A stretch of 64,000 bases of DNA from Candidatus Latescibacterota bacterium (GCA_963707635.1 OY970173.1:1216001-1280000), one strand, 5' to 3'; numbered from the stretch's first letter, positions 1 to 10,258 are shown. The notes: generated by a model from the letters alone, not told the origin. Program-made: numbers and translations.

Positions 1-993
1 CTGGCGCCGGTGGCGCTGCTCGCGGCGACGGCGTATCTGTCGCTCCAGTCGCACCGCTTCCGCGTCGAGTTCGCGCTGGTGGCGGTGCCGATGATTGCGA
101 CGCTGGTGATGTCGGCCCCCGCGTTGGGCTCGTTCGCGCGGCGCGGGAAGCGCGCGCGGGCGGCGTGGGCGACGGCAGGCCTCGTGACGGCACTCGTCCT
201 GGCCGCGATCGGGCGCGACCGCTTTCTCGCGTCCCACGACAATCCGAGGCTGTATCCGGACGGCGCGCTCGATTTCGTGGCGCAAAACGGCGTCGCCAGG
301 CGGCCGTTTCACTCCATCGGCTTCGGCTCGTACCTCATGTGGGACCTGTACGGAAAACGGCAGACGTTCATCGACGGGCGCAGTTTCGACCCGGGCCTGT
401 ATCGCGAATTCATTGCCGCGCAGACGAACGTTGCGGGCTTCCAAGCGGTGATCGACAAGTACCGGATCGATTCATTCGTGCTTCCCGCGCCCTCGCGGCC
501 GGATCCCGGGATGCGCAACGTGCACCACGCGCTGCTCGCGGCGCGCGACCGCTGGGACATGGTGTACCTCGACGAGAATGCGGCGGTGTATGTGGCGCGC
601 GCGCAGGCGGATTCGTCGTGGCTCGCGGCGCACGCGCTTCGTGCTTACCACCCGCTGACGTTCGGGAGCCTGCCTTCGCCGGAGGCGATGGCGGCGGCGA
701 TCGTCGACATGGAGCGCATCGTCACCGCGACCCCGGTGTCGACGCAGGCGCTCAACGATCTGGGAATCGCGCTCTTCTCCCAGGGGCGTTTCGACGAGTC
801 CATCGCCGTGTTCGAACGGCTCGCCCCTCTCCGGCCGCACAGCGCCGACGTCTACATGAACATGGCCCGGGCCTGCGTGGGCAAGGGGGACATCGAGTGC
901 GCGCTGCGCGCGTGCAACCGCGCGCTGCAGGCCGACCCGGGAAACGCGCAGGCGACGCAGGTGCGCGACGTGTTAATGAGGAGGGGAAAGTAG
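1..993 (+). CDS. Membrane protein with C-terminal TPR repeats (5'-truncated; possibly GT-C-like)
   Basis: Open from the window edge. Hydrophobic N-terminal helices, a GSYLMW...TFIDGR segment, and C-terminal TPR-like helices (ALNDLGIALFSQGRFDESIAVFERL; VYMNMARAC). Confidence 0.6.
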   Translation: MAPVALLAATAYLSLQSHRFRVEFALVAVPMIATLVMSAPALGSFARRGKRARAAWATAGLVTALVLAAIGRDRFLASHDNPRLYPDGALDFVAQNGVARRPFHSIGFGSYLMWDLYGKRQTFIDGRSFDPGLYREFIAAQTNVAGFQAVIDKYRIDSFVLPAPSRPDPGMRNVHHALLAARDRWDMVYLDENAAVYVARAQADSSWLAAHALRAYHPLTFGSLPSPEAMAAAIVDMERIVTATPVSTQALNDLGIALFSQGRFDESIAVFERLAPLRPHSADVYMNMARACVGKGDIECALRACNRALQADPGNAQATQVRDVLMRRGK

Positions 994-1032
994 CGGCGCC
1001 ACCCGCTCGAGCGGTATCCAATAGGCTCGTAG

Positions 1033-1872
1033 TCACTCCTGCCGCCACGGCGGATCCATGACGCAGCGGAATCCTATGTAGACCCACCGCTTGCCCGGTG
1101 ACGTGCTCTCGCGGTTGGCGCAGCGCAGGTACTTCGGAAACGTGTTCCAGGAGCCGCCGCGGTACACGCGCCGGTTGCTGCTGAACTGCTCGTTGCGATC
1201 CGGAATCCCGCGTGGAAGGACGTCGTTCGGGCCCCGTGGATAGGCTTCGTACTGATCGCTCACCCATTCCGCCGCGTTGCCCGCCATGTCGAAACATCCG
1301 TACGGACTCGTTCCCGACGGGAAGCTCATGACCGGCATGAGCCGGTCGGAGTTGTTGGCGCGGACGCGGTCGAAGCCCTCGCCCCAGGGGAACTCGCGCC
1401 CGTCGGTGCCCCGCGCGGCCTTCTCCCACTCGGCCTCGGTCGGCAGCCGCTTGCCCACGAACCGCGCGTACGCGGCCGCTTCCTCCCAGGTGATGCTGAC
1501 GATCGGCAGCCCGTCTTCGCCGATGCCGTAGCTCCCGTCGAGCCATTTGGGCGGGGCTTCCACCTTCATCGAGTCCATGTAGGCTTTGTACTCGGCGTTG
1601 GTCACTTCGTGGATGTCGATATAGAAATCGTCGACCCACACGTGCCGCTGGGGAAACTCGTCGACCTCGGCCTGCGTGCCAGTTCGGCGCGCCGAACTGC
1701 CCATCAGGAACTCACCCGCGGGAACGAAGACCATGTCCTGGACGGTCGGAACCGGGTCGGGCCGAAACGGTTGCGAAGACCCGGCCGGGGGGTCCGCCGC
1801 CCCCCGGTTCGCCTGCCCGATGGCGGCGCAGAGGAAGGCGGAGACGGCCAACAACAGGAGGACGGGTCGCAT
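1033..1872 (-). CDS. SUMF1/FGE-sulfatase domain protein, exported
   Basis: Signal peptide; motifs FLMGS, HEVTNAEY, RLPTEAEWEKAARG, DMAGNAAEW, RGGSW, GFRC. Confidence 0.9.
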   Translation of the reverse strand: MRPVLLLLAVSAFLCAAIGQANRGAADPPAGSSQPFRPDPVPTVQDMVFVPAGEFLMGSSARRTGTQAEVDEFPQRHVWVDDFYIDIHEVTNAEYKAYMDSMKVEAPPKWLDGSYGIGEDGLPIVSITWEEAAAYARFVGKRLPTEAEWEKAARGTDGREFPWGEGFDRVRANNSDRLMPVMSFPSGTSPYGCFDMAGNAAEWVSDQYEAYPRGPNDVLPRGIPDRNEQFSSNRRVYRGGSWNTFPKYLRCANRESTSPGKRWVYIGFRCVMDPPWRQE

Positions 1873-1924
1873 AGGATCGGGGGGTCAGGACCTCCGGCGG
1901 GGTTGGAAGCGTCCGAATTGGGAC

Positions 1925-1954
1925 ACTCTAACGGCGCCGCGGCAGGTGAGTAAA
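1925..1954 (-). promoter_or_regulatory. Putative sigma70-type promoter of the SUMF1-domain gene
   Basis: Minus strand TTTACT-N18-TAGAGT, ~50 nt upstream of the ATG. Confidence 0.35.
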
Positions 1955-2053
1955 CCGTAATTCATCGTTCGTGTTATGGAGTCGGAACGGGTCACCGGAC
2001 TCCCGACGCCCGGCGTCGGCCGCCAGGCAATGGGTGGTGCACGGGTTGGGCCT

Positions 2054-2095
2054 AAAAGACTGGAAGGCAGCGCATCTTTCGACACGCTGCCTTCC
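2054..2095 (-). terminator. Intrinsic terminator-like hairpin
   Basis: Minus strand GGAAGGCAGCG-UGUC-GAAA-GAUG-CGCUGCCUUCC followed by AGUCUUUU; GNRA loop. Confidence 0.6.
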
Positions 2096-2258
2096 TCTGG
2101 TGGGGACTAACTGAAAACGACGCGTTTTGGGACTAGGGACGCCGTTTCCTCTTCCTGACTTGGCTTTGCGATAAATTCTGTGAAGCCGATACCGTCCGCC
2201 TCAACCCATCCTAGTATCCGAACGGTTGCCGCATGTTCTTCCCACGGTACCGGCTTCG
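2054..2258 (-). ncRNA. Candidate ~200-nt small RNA divergent from lysR
   Basis: Promoter at 2265-2293; 14-bp 5' stem GAAGCCGGUACCGU/ACGGUAUCGGCUUC with a G-U pair on this strand; terminator at 2054-2095; no credible ORF. Confidence 0.55.
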
Positions 2259-2261
2259 AGG

Positions 2262-2312
2262 ATCAATATAGATCGGGTCTTGATATGCGTAAAATAGAAA
2301 ATGTATATTCTA
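2262..2312. promoter_or_regulatory. Divergent promoter region with LysR-type dyads
   Basis: AT-rich island. Minus-strand TTTACG-N17-TATATT (2293-2265); dyads ATCAA-N13-TTGAT (2262-2284) and TAGAA-N8-TTCTA (2295-2312, contains T-N11-A). Confidence 0.55.
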
Positions 2313-2328
2313 GTTATAAGAAAAACAT

Positions 2329-3255
2329 ATGGCAGCCATCAACCTGAATCACCTGTTCTATTTCTACGAGGTCGCCCGTCACGGGAGCTTCACGCGGGCG
2401 GCGCGCGAGCTGCTGGTGTCCCAGTCCGCGTTGAGCGTACAGATCAAGTCGCTCGAGACCTCGCTGGGAGCCGCCCTCTTCGACCGCCGTCGCGCCGGCG
2501 TGTCCCTCACGGACGCGGGCCAGCGCGCCTTCACGGCTGCCGAACGGATTTTCGCGGACGTCGATCAACTGGTCGCCGATTTTCGCCAGGACGGCCGGCG
2601 CCTCCCGGGGACGGTGAACGTCGGGACGGTGAACAGCATCGGGATCTACATGCTCCCGGACCTGCTGACCGCGTTTCGGACCCGGTACCCGGATGTTCGC
2701 GTCCGTCTCGACTTCCGCGAGTCCGAGCGGGTGATGGATCAGCTCTACCAGGGAAAAACCGACCTCGCCCTCGTGCCCTGGCAGCGCGCGTATCCCGACC
2801 TCGCGCCGACGGTCCTGACACGACAGAAGCTCTTTCTGGTGGCCCCGCCCGATCACCCGCTGGCGGGTGCGGAAACGCTCTCCCCCCACGACCTCGAGGG
2901 GCACTCGTTCGTGGGGTACCACGAAGGCATGCACACCCGGGCGATGATCGACGCGCTGTTCAAACGCATGTCGCTCAACGTGGAGTACTCCATCGAGTCC
3001 TCCAACGCGGCGACGATCAAGCAGATGGTGCTGGCGGGGATGGGGATCGCTTTCCTGCCCGAGATGGCGGTGGTGGGCGAGTTGCGGCGCGGGCACCTCG
3101 TGCGCCTGGACGTGCCACCGCTGGTGATGCACCAGGACGTGACCCTCTATGTGCGTCGCAACCGCGCGCTCTCGCGCACGGCGACCGATTTCGTGAGCTT
3201 CCTGCAGGAATACTTCGACACGAAGAAACGGGTTTCGGAGAAGCGCGGGCACTGA
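2329..3255 (+). CDS. LysR family transcriptional regulator
   Basis: N-terminal wHTH (GSFTRAARELLVSQSALSVQIKSLE...LFDR) and a LysR substrate-binding domain. Confidence 0.95.
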   Translation: MAAINLNHLFYFYEVARHGSFTRAARELLVSQSALSVQIKSLETSLGAALFDRRRAGVSLTDAGQRAFTAAERIFADVDQLVADFRQDGRRLPGTVNVGTVNSIGIYMLPDLLTAFRTRYPDVRVRLDFRESERVMDQLYQGKTDLALVPWQRAYPDLAPTVLTRQKLFLVAPPDHPLAGAETLSPHDLEGHSFVGYHEGMHTRAMIDALFKRMSLNVEYSIESSNAATIKQMVLAGMGIAFLPEMAVVGELRRGHLVRLDVPPLVMHQDVTLYVRRNRALSRTATDFVSFLQEYFDTKKRVSEKRGH

Positions 3256-3269
3256 CCCGCCTCCTCGTG

Positions 3270-3505
3270 GCGGGCGGGATGCGCTCCCTCTATCGCCGTC
3301 CTCCCGCGCACATTGTTGAAATGCGCGACTGCGGATTGGCGTGCGAGGGAGCGCACACCGCCCCTGGGCAGGCGATATATCGGGCGAAGCGCGATCTCGC
3401 GAGTCGCGCGTAGCAACTTGTGCGCGCGAGCGCATGAGCGCGGAGTCCGATATATCGCCTGTCCGGTTTACGCGGGAGCGGTGGCGGAGGGAGTGTATCC
3501 AGCCC
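3270..3505. repeat. Palindromic intergenic repeat copy 1 (module B 3270-3363, module A 3366-3464, inverted partial B 3471-3505)
   Basis: Near-identical to the reverse complement of 19253-19452 and 26283-26382. Module A is closed by GGCAGGCGATATATCGG/CCGATATATCGCCTGTCC. Confidence 0.9.
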
Positions 3506-3536
3506 GGACTACTCTTGCAGGCACGCGCCGACCAGA

Positions 3537-3553
3537 GTGCTATACTCCGGCCC
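3537..3553 (+). promoter_or_regulatory. Extended -10 promoter giving a probable leaderless mRNA
   Basis: GTGC-TATACT, 7 nt before ATG 3554; no Shine-Dalgarno. Confidence 0.5.
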
Positions 3554-4621
3554 ATGCGCATCCTCCACACCGCCGACGTTCACCTGCGCAGCGCCCGCGA
3601 CGAGCGCTGGGAGGCCCTCGGCGCGGTGCTCGACGTCGCGGCGCGGGAGCACGCGGACGTGCTCGCCATCGCGGGGGACCTATTCGACCGCGACGTCGAC
3701 GCGCACGCGCTCAAGACCGAGTTGCGCCGGCGCTTCGAACGCTTTCCCGGCCGCGTGGTGCTCATCCCGGGGAATCACGACGACGGCGGCATTCGTCCCG
3801 GGGATTTCTTCGGTGCGAATGTCCACGTGCTCGCCGGGCACGACCTGGTGGCCGACATCGGCGGCGTGCGCTTCGTCGGCGTGCCGTTCGAGGATGTCGG
3901 CGCGGACGAGACGCTGCGGCGCCTGCGCGACGCGGCGAAGCTCCGGGCCGAGGGCCCCAACGTGCTCCTCTTCCACGGCGAGTTGCTCGACGTCTCTCCC
4001 CTGGGCGGCGCGTACGGCGACGAGGAAGGGCGCGACTACATGCCCGCCCGGCTGGCGGATCTCGGCGAGCTCGGTTTCGACTACGTGCTCGCGGGCCATT
4101 TTCACCGCGCCCACGACGTGCGCGCGTGCGGCCGTGGCTACTTCGTGTATTCCGGGTCGCCGGTTTCCATCACGCGCCGCGAAACCGGGTGCCGTCACGC
4201 GAACCTCGTGTCGATCGGGAGCGCGCCCGAACCCGTCGCGCTGGACACCCACCACTACCAGGCCATCGACGCGCGCCTCGCGCCGGACGACGCCGAGCAC
4301 CCGCTGGCCCGCATCGAGCGCGAACTCTCGGGTGCCGACCCGCGCGCCCGCGTGCTCATGTCGATCCGGGGCTTCACCGATCTCGAGAAATGGGGACTGC
4401 GCGAGAACGAATTCCACGCCGCGCTCAAGGTGCTGGTGGCGCGCTTCAACGTCGAGACGCTCGACGCCGGCGAGTGCCTGGACGTGACCGGGATCGTCGA
4501 AGGCGACCTGTTTCGCCGCTTCGCCGCCCGGCTGGAGGACTCGGCGCTCCCGGAGGACGAACGCGCGCTGGTGCGCGAGATGGCCATCCGTGCCATGATG
4601 GAGGTGCCGGGTGCACGTTAA
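3554..4621 (+). CDS. Mre11/SbcD-like (YhaO-type) metallophosphoesterase nuclease
   Basis: Motifs HTADVH, AGDLFD, IPGNHD, LFHG, LAGHFH, YSGSP; overlaps the start of the SMC-like ATPase. Confidence 0.9.
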   Translation: MRILHTADVHLRSARDERWEALGAVLDVAAREHADVLAIAGDLFDRDVDAHALKTELRRRFERFPGRVVLIPGNHDDGGIRPGDFFGANVHVLAGHDLVADIGGVRFVGVPFEDVGADETLRRLRDAAKLRAEGPNVLLFHGELLDVSPLGGAYGDEEGRDYMPARLADLGELGFDYVLAGHFHRAHDVRACGRGYFVYSGSPVSITRRETGCRHANLVSIGSAPEPVALDTHHYQAIDARLAPDDAEHPLARIERELSGADPRARVLMSIRGFTDLEKWGLRENEFHAALKVLVARFNVETLDAGECLDVTGIVEGDLFRRFAARLEDSALPEDERALVREMAIRAMMEVPGAR

Positions 4622-7001
4622 GCGCGTCGTCGTGTCCCGCTACGGACCGCTCGAGCCGATCGACGCCTCCTTCGCGCCGTTTACCGTGGTGCACGGCCCC
4701 AACGAGAAGGGGAAGACGCTGCTGCTCGACGCGCTCCTGCGCATGTTCTTCAAGGACGAGCTCAAGCGGCACGTCAAACTCTTCGGCAATCTCTCTCGCG
4801 TCTCGGAGACCCCGGAAGGGTACGTGGTGGTTGCCACCCACGCGGAGGAAGTCAAACTCGCCGCCGACGCCACGCTGGCGACCGTCGCGCCCTCGCCGAT
4901 TTCCCCCGAGGATTTTCGCAACGTGTTCCTGATCCGGGACAGCGACCTCGACATCCACAACGAGACCGCATACTACGGCCGCGTCACCGAGCAGCTCTGC
5001 GGCACGCGGTCGCGGCAGATCGAGAAGATCCTCGCGGCGCTAAAGATATTGGGACGCCTGCGCAGCGCCACCCCGGACAGCGTGCTTACCAGGAGCAAGG
5101 GCACGCGACGGGTCGGCGAACGCCTCGAGACCGCGGAGGCGCTGCTCGACGAGATGAACGCCGCGCGCACCCGCCTCGACGCGGTGGGGTTCGACGCCGC
5201 CGATCGCCGGCTGGTGGACCGGGTCGAGCGCCGGGCGCAGCTCGAAGTCGAGCGCGAGCGGTTCCGCGCAGCGGAACGGCGGGCACGCTTCCTCGACGCG
5301 CGTTCGATCGTGGCCGCGGCGCGCGAACGTCTGGATGCGCTGGCGCCGCTCACACGCCTCGACGAACGCGACCTGGCGTCGTGGAGAAGAATTGCGGCGG
5401 AGAGAACAATGCTTTCGACCGACATCGAGCGGTTGGAAGGCAATCGCGTGAGCATGGCGGGCCGGGTGGAGGAAGCGCGGGCGTCGCTCGAAAAGGCGCG
5501 CTCCGCCGTGGCGGGGGTCGAGGCACGGCGGGATGCCGCGCGCTCGGAGATCACGCCCGCGTTGGAACGGTGGCTGCGCGACCGCGACGCGCGCGAACGG
5601 GACGAACGCGCCGCGCCGGCCCGTCTCGGAGCCATGATCGCGGCGGCGGTCATCGGCGCGGCCGCGGCGATCCTCGCCTTCGTGATCCGGGAGCCGTTCG
5701 TCGTGGGTGCGGTGGTGGCGTGCGCGGCGGTGGCCGGCGCGTTCGGCTTCGTGCTCTGGCGCGCCGGCCGCGAGCGAGCCGCATTCACCGTTCGCGGGCG
5801 CGACCTCGAGGCCACGGCGCTGCGGCTGGGCTTCGCGGTCGCCACCAACGACGCGCTCCCCGACGCGGTGGCATTCCTGCAGACCGAGCTCGAGCGCGAG
5901 CTGGACCGCGCGCGCGACGCGGAGGCAGCGGTGCGCGCGATCGAGGGCGAAGTGGCGGCGCGCGTGCAGGAACAGGACGCCCGCCGCGCGCGGGTGCAGG
6001 AGCTGGCGGTGGAGGAAGCGACCATTCGCGGGGAATGCGGGTGCCCGTCGATCGACGCGCTGGAGGCGAGCATCGGAGAAAAACGAAAACTGGAGGCCGA
6101 GGTCGACGCCAAGCTGGTCGCGTTGCGCGCGACGCTGCCGTCGGTCGGCGAGCGCCAGCCGCCCGCCGCCCTGGTCGCGTTCGAGCGCGAGATCGAACGG
6201 CGCCTGGCCGAGATCGCGGACGCGGGTGTCCCCGACGATCCCGACGCATCGGCGGCGACCGAGCAGGAACTCGCGCACGTGGTCGAAGAGGAGCGCGCGC
6301 TCCGGCGCGCGCTGGAACAGGGGCGCCACGATCTCAAGCACATCGAATTCAAGCTCGCCGAACTGGGCGTCCTCGACGAAGCGCCGCGCTGCCGGACCGC
6401 GCGGGAACTGTCGATGCTGGGCGATCGGGTCCGGGAGTTCTGCGAGGCCGTGCGCCGCGACCAGCGCCTCGCCCACGAAGCGATTCGGATCTTCCAGGAG
6501 CTCGACGCCGAGGAACGCGAGCGCGTGGGCGAACTCTTCGGCGAGGGGTCGATGGTGTCGAAGTGGTTTCACGAGATCACCGACGGACGCTACCGGGCGG
6601 TCTACTTCGACGCGGAAAACGGGGAGGTCGAGGTGGAGCGCGCGGACAGGAAGCGCCTGCCGGCCGCGTCGCTCTCCGGCGGGGCGTTCGACCAGCTCTA
6701 CCTCGCCATCCGGGCGAGCATCGCGGAACGGATGCTTCCGGAGTCGAAGGGCTTCTTCCTGCTGGACGATCCCTTCCTCAAGGCGGACCGCGAGCGACTG
6801 CGGACGCTCATGCGGATGCTGCGCCGTCTGGTCGAGCGGGGGTGGCAGGTGATCTACTTCACCGCGAAGGACGAAGTGGTCGACGCGCTCGAGGCGGACG
6901 CCCGCGCGGGCAACGTGTCCATCATCGAGTTGGAACGCCCGCTGTTCGCGCGGCCGCTTCCGCAACCGCCGCAGCGGCCGGACCTGCCCGGTCTCTTCTA
7001 G
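4611..7001 (+). CDS. Rad50/SbcC-like (YhaN-type) coiled-coil ATPase with two central TM helices
   Basis: Walker A GPNEKGKT, long coiled coils, signature LSGG, Walker B FLLDDPF, hydrophobic hairpin around residues 340-385. Confidence 0.85.
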   Translation: MHVKRVVVSRYGPLEPIDASFAPFTVVHGPNEKGKTLLLDALLRMFFKDELKRHVKLFGNLSRVSETPEGYVVVATHAEEVKLAADATLATVAPSPISPEDFRNVFLIRDSDLDIHNETAYYGRVTEQLCGTRSRQIEKILAALKILGRLRSATPDSVLTRSKGTRRVGERLETAEALLDEMNAARTRLDAVGFDAADRRLVDRVERRAQLEVERERFRAAERRARFLDARSIVAAARERLDALAPLTRLDERDLASWRRIAAERTMLSTDIERLEGNRVSMAGRVEEARASLEKARSAVAGVEARRDAARSEITPALERWLRDRDARERDERAAPARLGAMIAAAVIGAAAAILAFVIREPFVVGAVVACAAVAGAFGFVLWRAGRERAAFTVRGRDLEATALRLGFAVATNDALPDAVAFLQTELERELDRARDAEAAVRAIEGEVAARVQEQDARRARVQELAVEEATIRGECGCPSIDALEASIGEKRKLEAEVDAKLVALRATLPSVGERQPPAALVAFEREIERRLAEIADAGVPDDPDASAATEQELAHVVEEERALRRALEQGRHDLKHIEFKLAELGVLDEAPRCRTARELSMLGDRVREFCEAVRRDQRLAHEAIRIFQELDAEERERVGELFGEGSMVSKWFHEITDGRYRAVYFDAENGEVEVERADRKRLPAASLSGGAFDQLYLAIRASIAERMLPESKGFFLLDDPFLKADRERLRTLMRMLRRLVERGWQVIYFTAKDEVVDALEADARAGNVSIIELERPLFARPLPQPPQRPDLPGLF

Positions 7002-7014
7002 AAAAAACCCTGCA

Positions 7015-7044
7015 TTGACAGGTGGGGCGTCGTCACGCTAAATT
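7015..7044 (+). promoter_or_regulatory. Sigma70-type promoter
   Basis: TTGACA-N18-TAAATT upstream of ATG 7109. Confidence 0.55.
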
Positions 7045-7108
7045 ATAAGACGTTAACGGGTTCCCCCTGACGGCCGATCCACCCCTCTCGTCAATCCAGC
7101 GGTACTCG

Positions 7109-10100
7109 ATGCTGACTCGTTTTCCCGTTCCCCGCGCTGCGTGCTTCGCCGTGCTGGTGGCCATGGGTAGCATTCGCCGCGGGCGTGGCCCGGGCGACGA
7201 CCAACCCGCGTCTCCACTGGAAGACGATCTCCACCGAGCATTTCGACGTCCATTTTCACGAAGGCGAGGAGTGGACCGGTCAGGAAGTCGCGAAGATCGC
7301 CGAAGAGATGTACGGCCCCATCACGCGGCTCTATGACTACGAGCCCAAGCGCTGTCATTTCGTGCTGCTCGACACCGAGGACTACGCCAACGGCGCCGCG
7401 TACTACTACGACAACAAGATCGAAATCTGGGCGACCAATCTCGAGTTCCAGTTGCGCGGCACCACGCCGTGGCTGCGCAACGTCATCACCCACGAGTTCA
7501 CCCACATCGTCTCGATCCAGTCGGCGATGAAGATGCCGCTGCGCATCCCGGCGCTCTATTTCCAGGCCGTCGGCTTCGAGTCCGAAAAGCGCCCGGACGT
7601 GATCAACGGCTACCCCGACATGATCGTGTCGTATCCCGTCACCGGCACGGTCGTGCCGGGCTGGTGGGCCGAGGGCGTCGCCCAGTATCAGTCCCCGAGC
7701 TTTCAGACCGACTGCTGGGACACCCACCGCGACATGATCCTGCGCGCGGCGGTGGTCGAGGATCGCATGCTCTCCTACGACGCGATGGGGTTTCTGGGCC
7801 ACAGCGGTCTCGGCAACGAGCAGGTGTACGACCACGGCTTCGGGCTGGTGCGCTACATCGCCGCCACCTACGGGCCCGGGTCGCTCGACACGATCAGCAC
7901 CTACATGGGCAAGTGGTATCGCCTGACCATCGACGGGGCGCTCAAGCAGGCCACCGGCAAGAAAGGCGAGCAGCTCTACGACGACTGGAAGGCATCGCTG
8001 CAGCGGCGCTACGACGCCATGCTGATCCCGGTGCGCGCGAATCCGCGCGCGGGCGTGATTCTCTCCGATGCCGGGTTCATGACCCATTCGCCGTCGTTTT
8101 CTCCCGACGGCAGGACGGTCGCGTTTCTCTCTAATGAGGGGAGCGACTTCGCGAAGACGAGTCTCTATCTCTCGAACCGCGACGGAAAGGCGCCCCGGGA
8201 GCTCGAGGGTGGCGTATCGTCGCGCGCGGTGTTTTCACCCGACGGCAAGCGCCTCGTGTACGGCAAGCACACGAAGGTGGACAAGTACGGCGCGATGGTG
8301 AGCGATCTCTACGTCTACGAGCTGGCGTCCCGGAAGGAGAAGCGGCTCACGCGCCACGCGCGCGCGGCCGAGCCCCAGTGGTCGCCCAACGGGCGCACGG
8401 TCGTGTTCGTGCTGAACAGCGACGGGACGCACCGGCTGGCGACGATCGACGCCGGCGGCGGGGAGCTACGCATCCTGCTGGCCGGAGAGCCGGGGCGGCA
8501 ATTCTACGCGCCGCAGTTTTCGCCCGACGGAAGCCGCGTCCTCTTCGGCGTGTTCACCAGCGGGACCCGCGATCTCGCCTCGATCGCCGCCGATGGGAGC
8601 GATTTCCGCTACGAGCTGCGCACGATCAACGACGAGCGCGACGCGCGCTGGACACCGGACGGGCGCGGCATCGTGTTCGCGTCGGACCGCACCGGCATCT
8701 TCGACATCTACCGGATGGACGCCACCACGCGCGAGGTGGAGCAACTCACCAACGTAATCGGCGGCGCATTCATGCCCGATCTCGCGGCGAGCGGCGAGCT
8801 CGTGTACTCCGAGTACGCGGCGACCGGCTACCGCGTCTCGATACTCGATCCCGCCTCCGAGCCGGTCGCGCGTCTGACCGAAAGCGAGTATGCGGCGCGC
8901 GCGACCGGAGAGTTCGAGGAGTGCGGACCGCTCAAGGGCGGAAGCGATCTGAGCGAGGCCGCGTTCTCCCCCGACCTCTCGGCGGCGACTCTGTCGGCCG
9001 GGACCGGGGCCGGCCAGGGGTCCGCGCCCGCGATCACCGCCCCGGGGCTGGTGAGCTCCGAGGCCAAACCGTACAAGTGGGACTACACCGGCTTTCAGTT
9101 CTACCCGCGCGTGGTGATCTGGGACGGGACGCCGCGCCTGGGCCTGTTTGCTTCCAGCAACGAAATCCTCGACCGCCAGAGTCTCTTCTTCGGGGGATCC
9201 TACGGCGTCGACGGCGAGTTCGACGCGATCGTCAATTTCGAGCTGCGGCGGCTTTTTCCCGTGCTGTTCATGCAGTACTACCGCGTGCGCCAGAACTACG
9301 AAGACCAGTTTCCGATCGAGGATCTCGCCCGCTACTACTACGTCGACTACAAGTACGACGTGTGGTCCGCAGACCTGGGGCTGCGCTTCGAATTCGAAGA
9401 CCCCTACAGTCTCACGCGCCGCAACGACATTTCCATCTGGTGGAACCACAGCGAGTACAGCATCCACCTCGACCCCGAGTACGTGCCCATCGACGACCTG
9501 GACGCGCCCCGCAGCCCCGACCAGAAGGTGTCGTGGAAGTATTTCATCGGTAACGAGGCGCACCTGCACTGGCACTACAAGTCGATCACACGCGCGGTCG
9601 ACAGCGACATCAATCCGCGCGGCGGACGGCAGATCGACGTCGAGCTGACGTACGCGAACGACGATCTGTTCGAGAGCGGTGAGTTCGAGTACGGGGTGCG
9701 ACCGGACTTCACGCGCAATCAGTTCGGGCAGTACACGGTGGACTGGCGGGAGTACCTGGCGCTGCCGGCGTGGCGGCACACGCTGGAACTGCGGTTGATG
9801 GGCTCGTTCATCGACAACGACGTCGACGACTTCTTCTGGGTCTACATGGGCGGCATGGACCGGCTGCGCGGGTACACGTACTACGCGATCGGCGGGCGCA
9901 AGGGCGCGCTCGCGAGCGCCACCTACCGGTTTCCCATCTTCCGGCAGATCGCCCGGCAGGCGTCGTGGCTCACCTTCAAAGACCTGTACGGGGCCGTGTT
10001 CTACGCGGTGGGGAGCGCGTGGAACCAGGGCAACACGCCGAGCGACGACCCTGCGCTGGCCCGAGACTACTACACCTCGGCGGGCGGCGAGCTACGGCTC

Positions 10101-10256
10101 AACCTCGGCTCGTTCTATTCCTATCCGACCACGATCGATTTTTCGGCCGCCTACGCGCTCGACCAGGCCGAGTACGTCAACCCGATCTTCGACGTGCCCG
10201 CGGTCGTCTACGACCCGCAGTGGCGCTACTATCTCCTGGTCGGCTTCACATTCTGA
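7109..10256 (+). CDS. Exported zinc-peptidase (HEFTH) / TolB-like beta-propeller / Omp85-like barrel fusion; +1 frameshift at ~7165
   Basis: HEFTH...WWAEG gluzincin motif; repeated P(S/Q)(F/W)SPDG PD40 repeats; LRGY motif and C-terminal YYLLVGFTF. Removing one G in ATGGGTA restores the signal peptide (MLTRF...VAMVAFAAGVARA). Confidence 0.75.
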
Positions 10257-10258
10257 CT

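Noticed and set aside
1033..1872. True formylglycine-generating enzyme for the two sulfatases
   Set aside because: Lacks the catalytic Cys pair after RGGS (reads RGGSWNTFPKYLRC) and has a signal peptide; FGE-fold only.
1885..2085. 66-aa ORF upstream of the SUMF1 gene
   Set aside because: Starts inside the terminator hairpin, has atypical codon usage and no motif.
3313..3500. Similar peptides MLKCATADWR... (3313) and MKCATADWR... (19405)
   Set aside because: The similarity comes from translating the DNA repeat. Frames and lengths differ, and there is no RBS.
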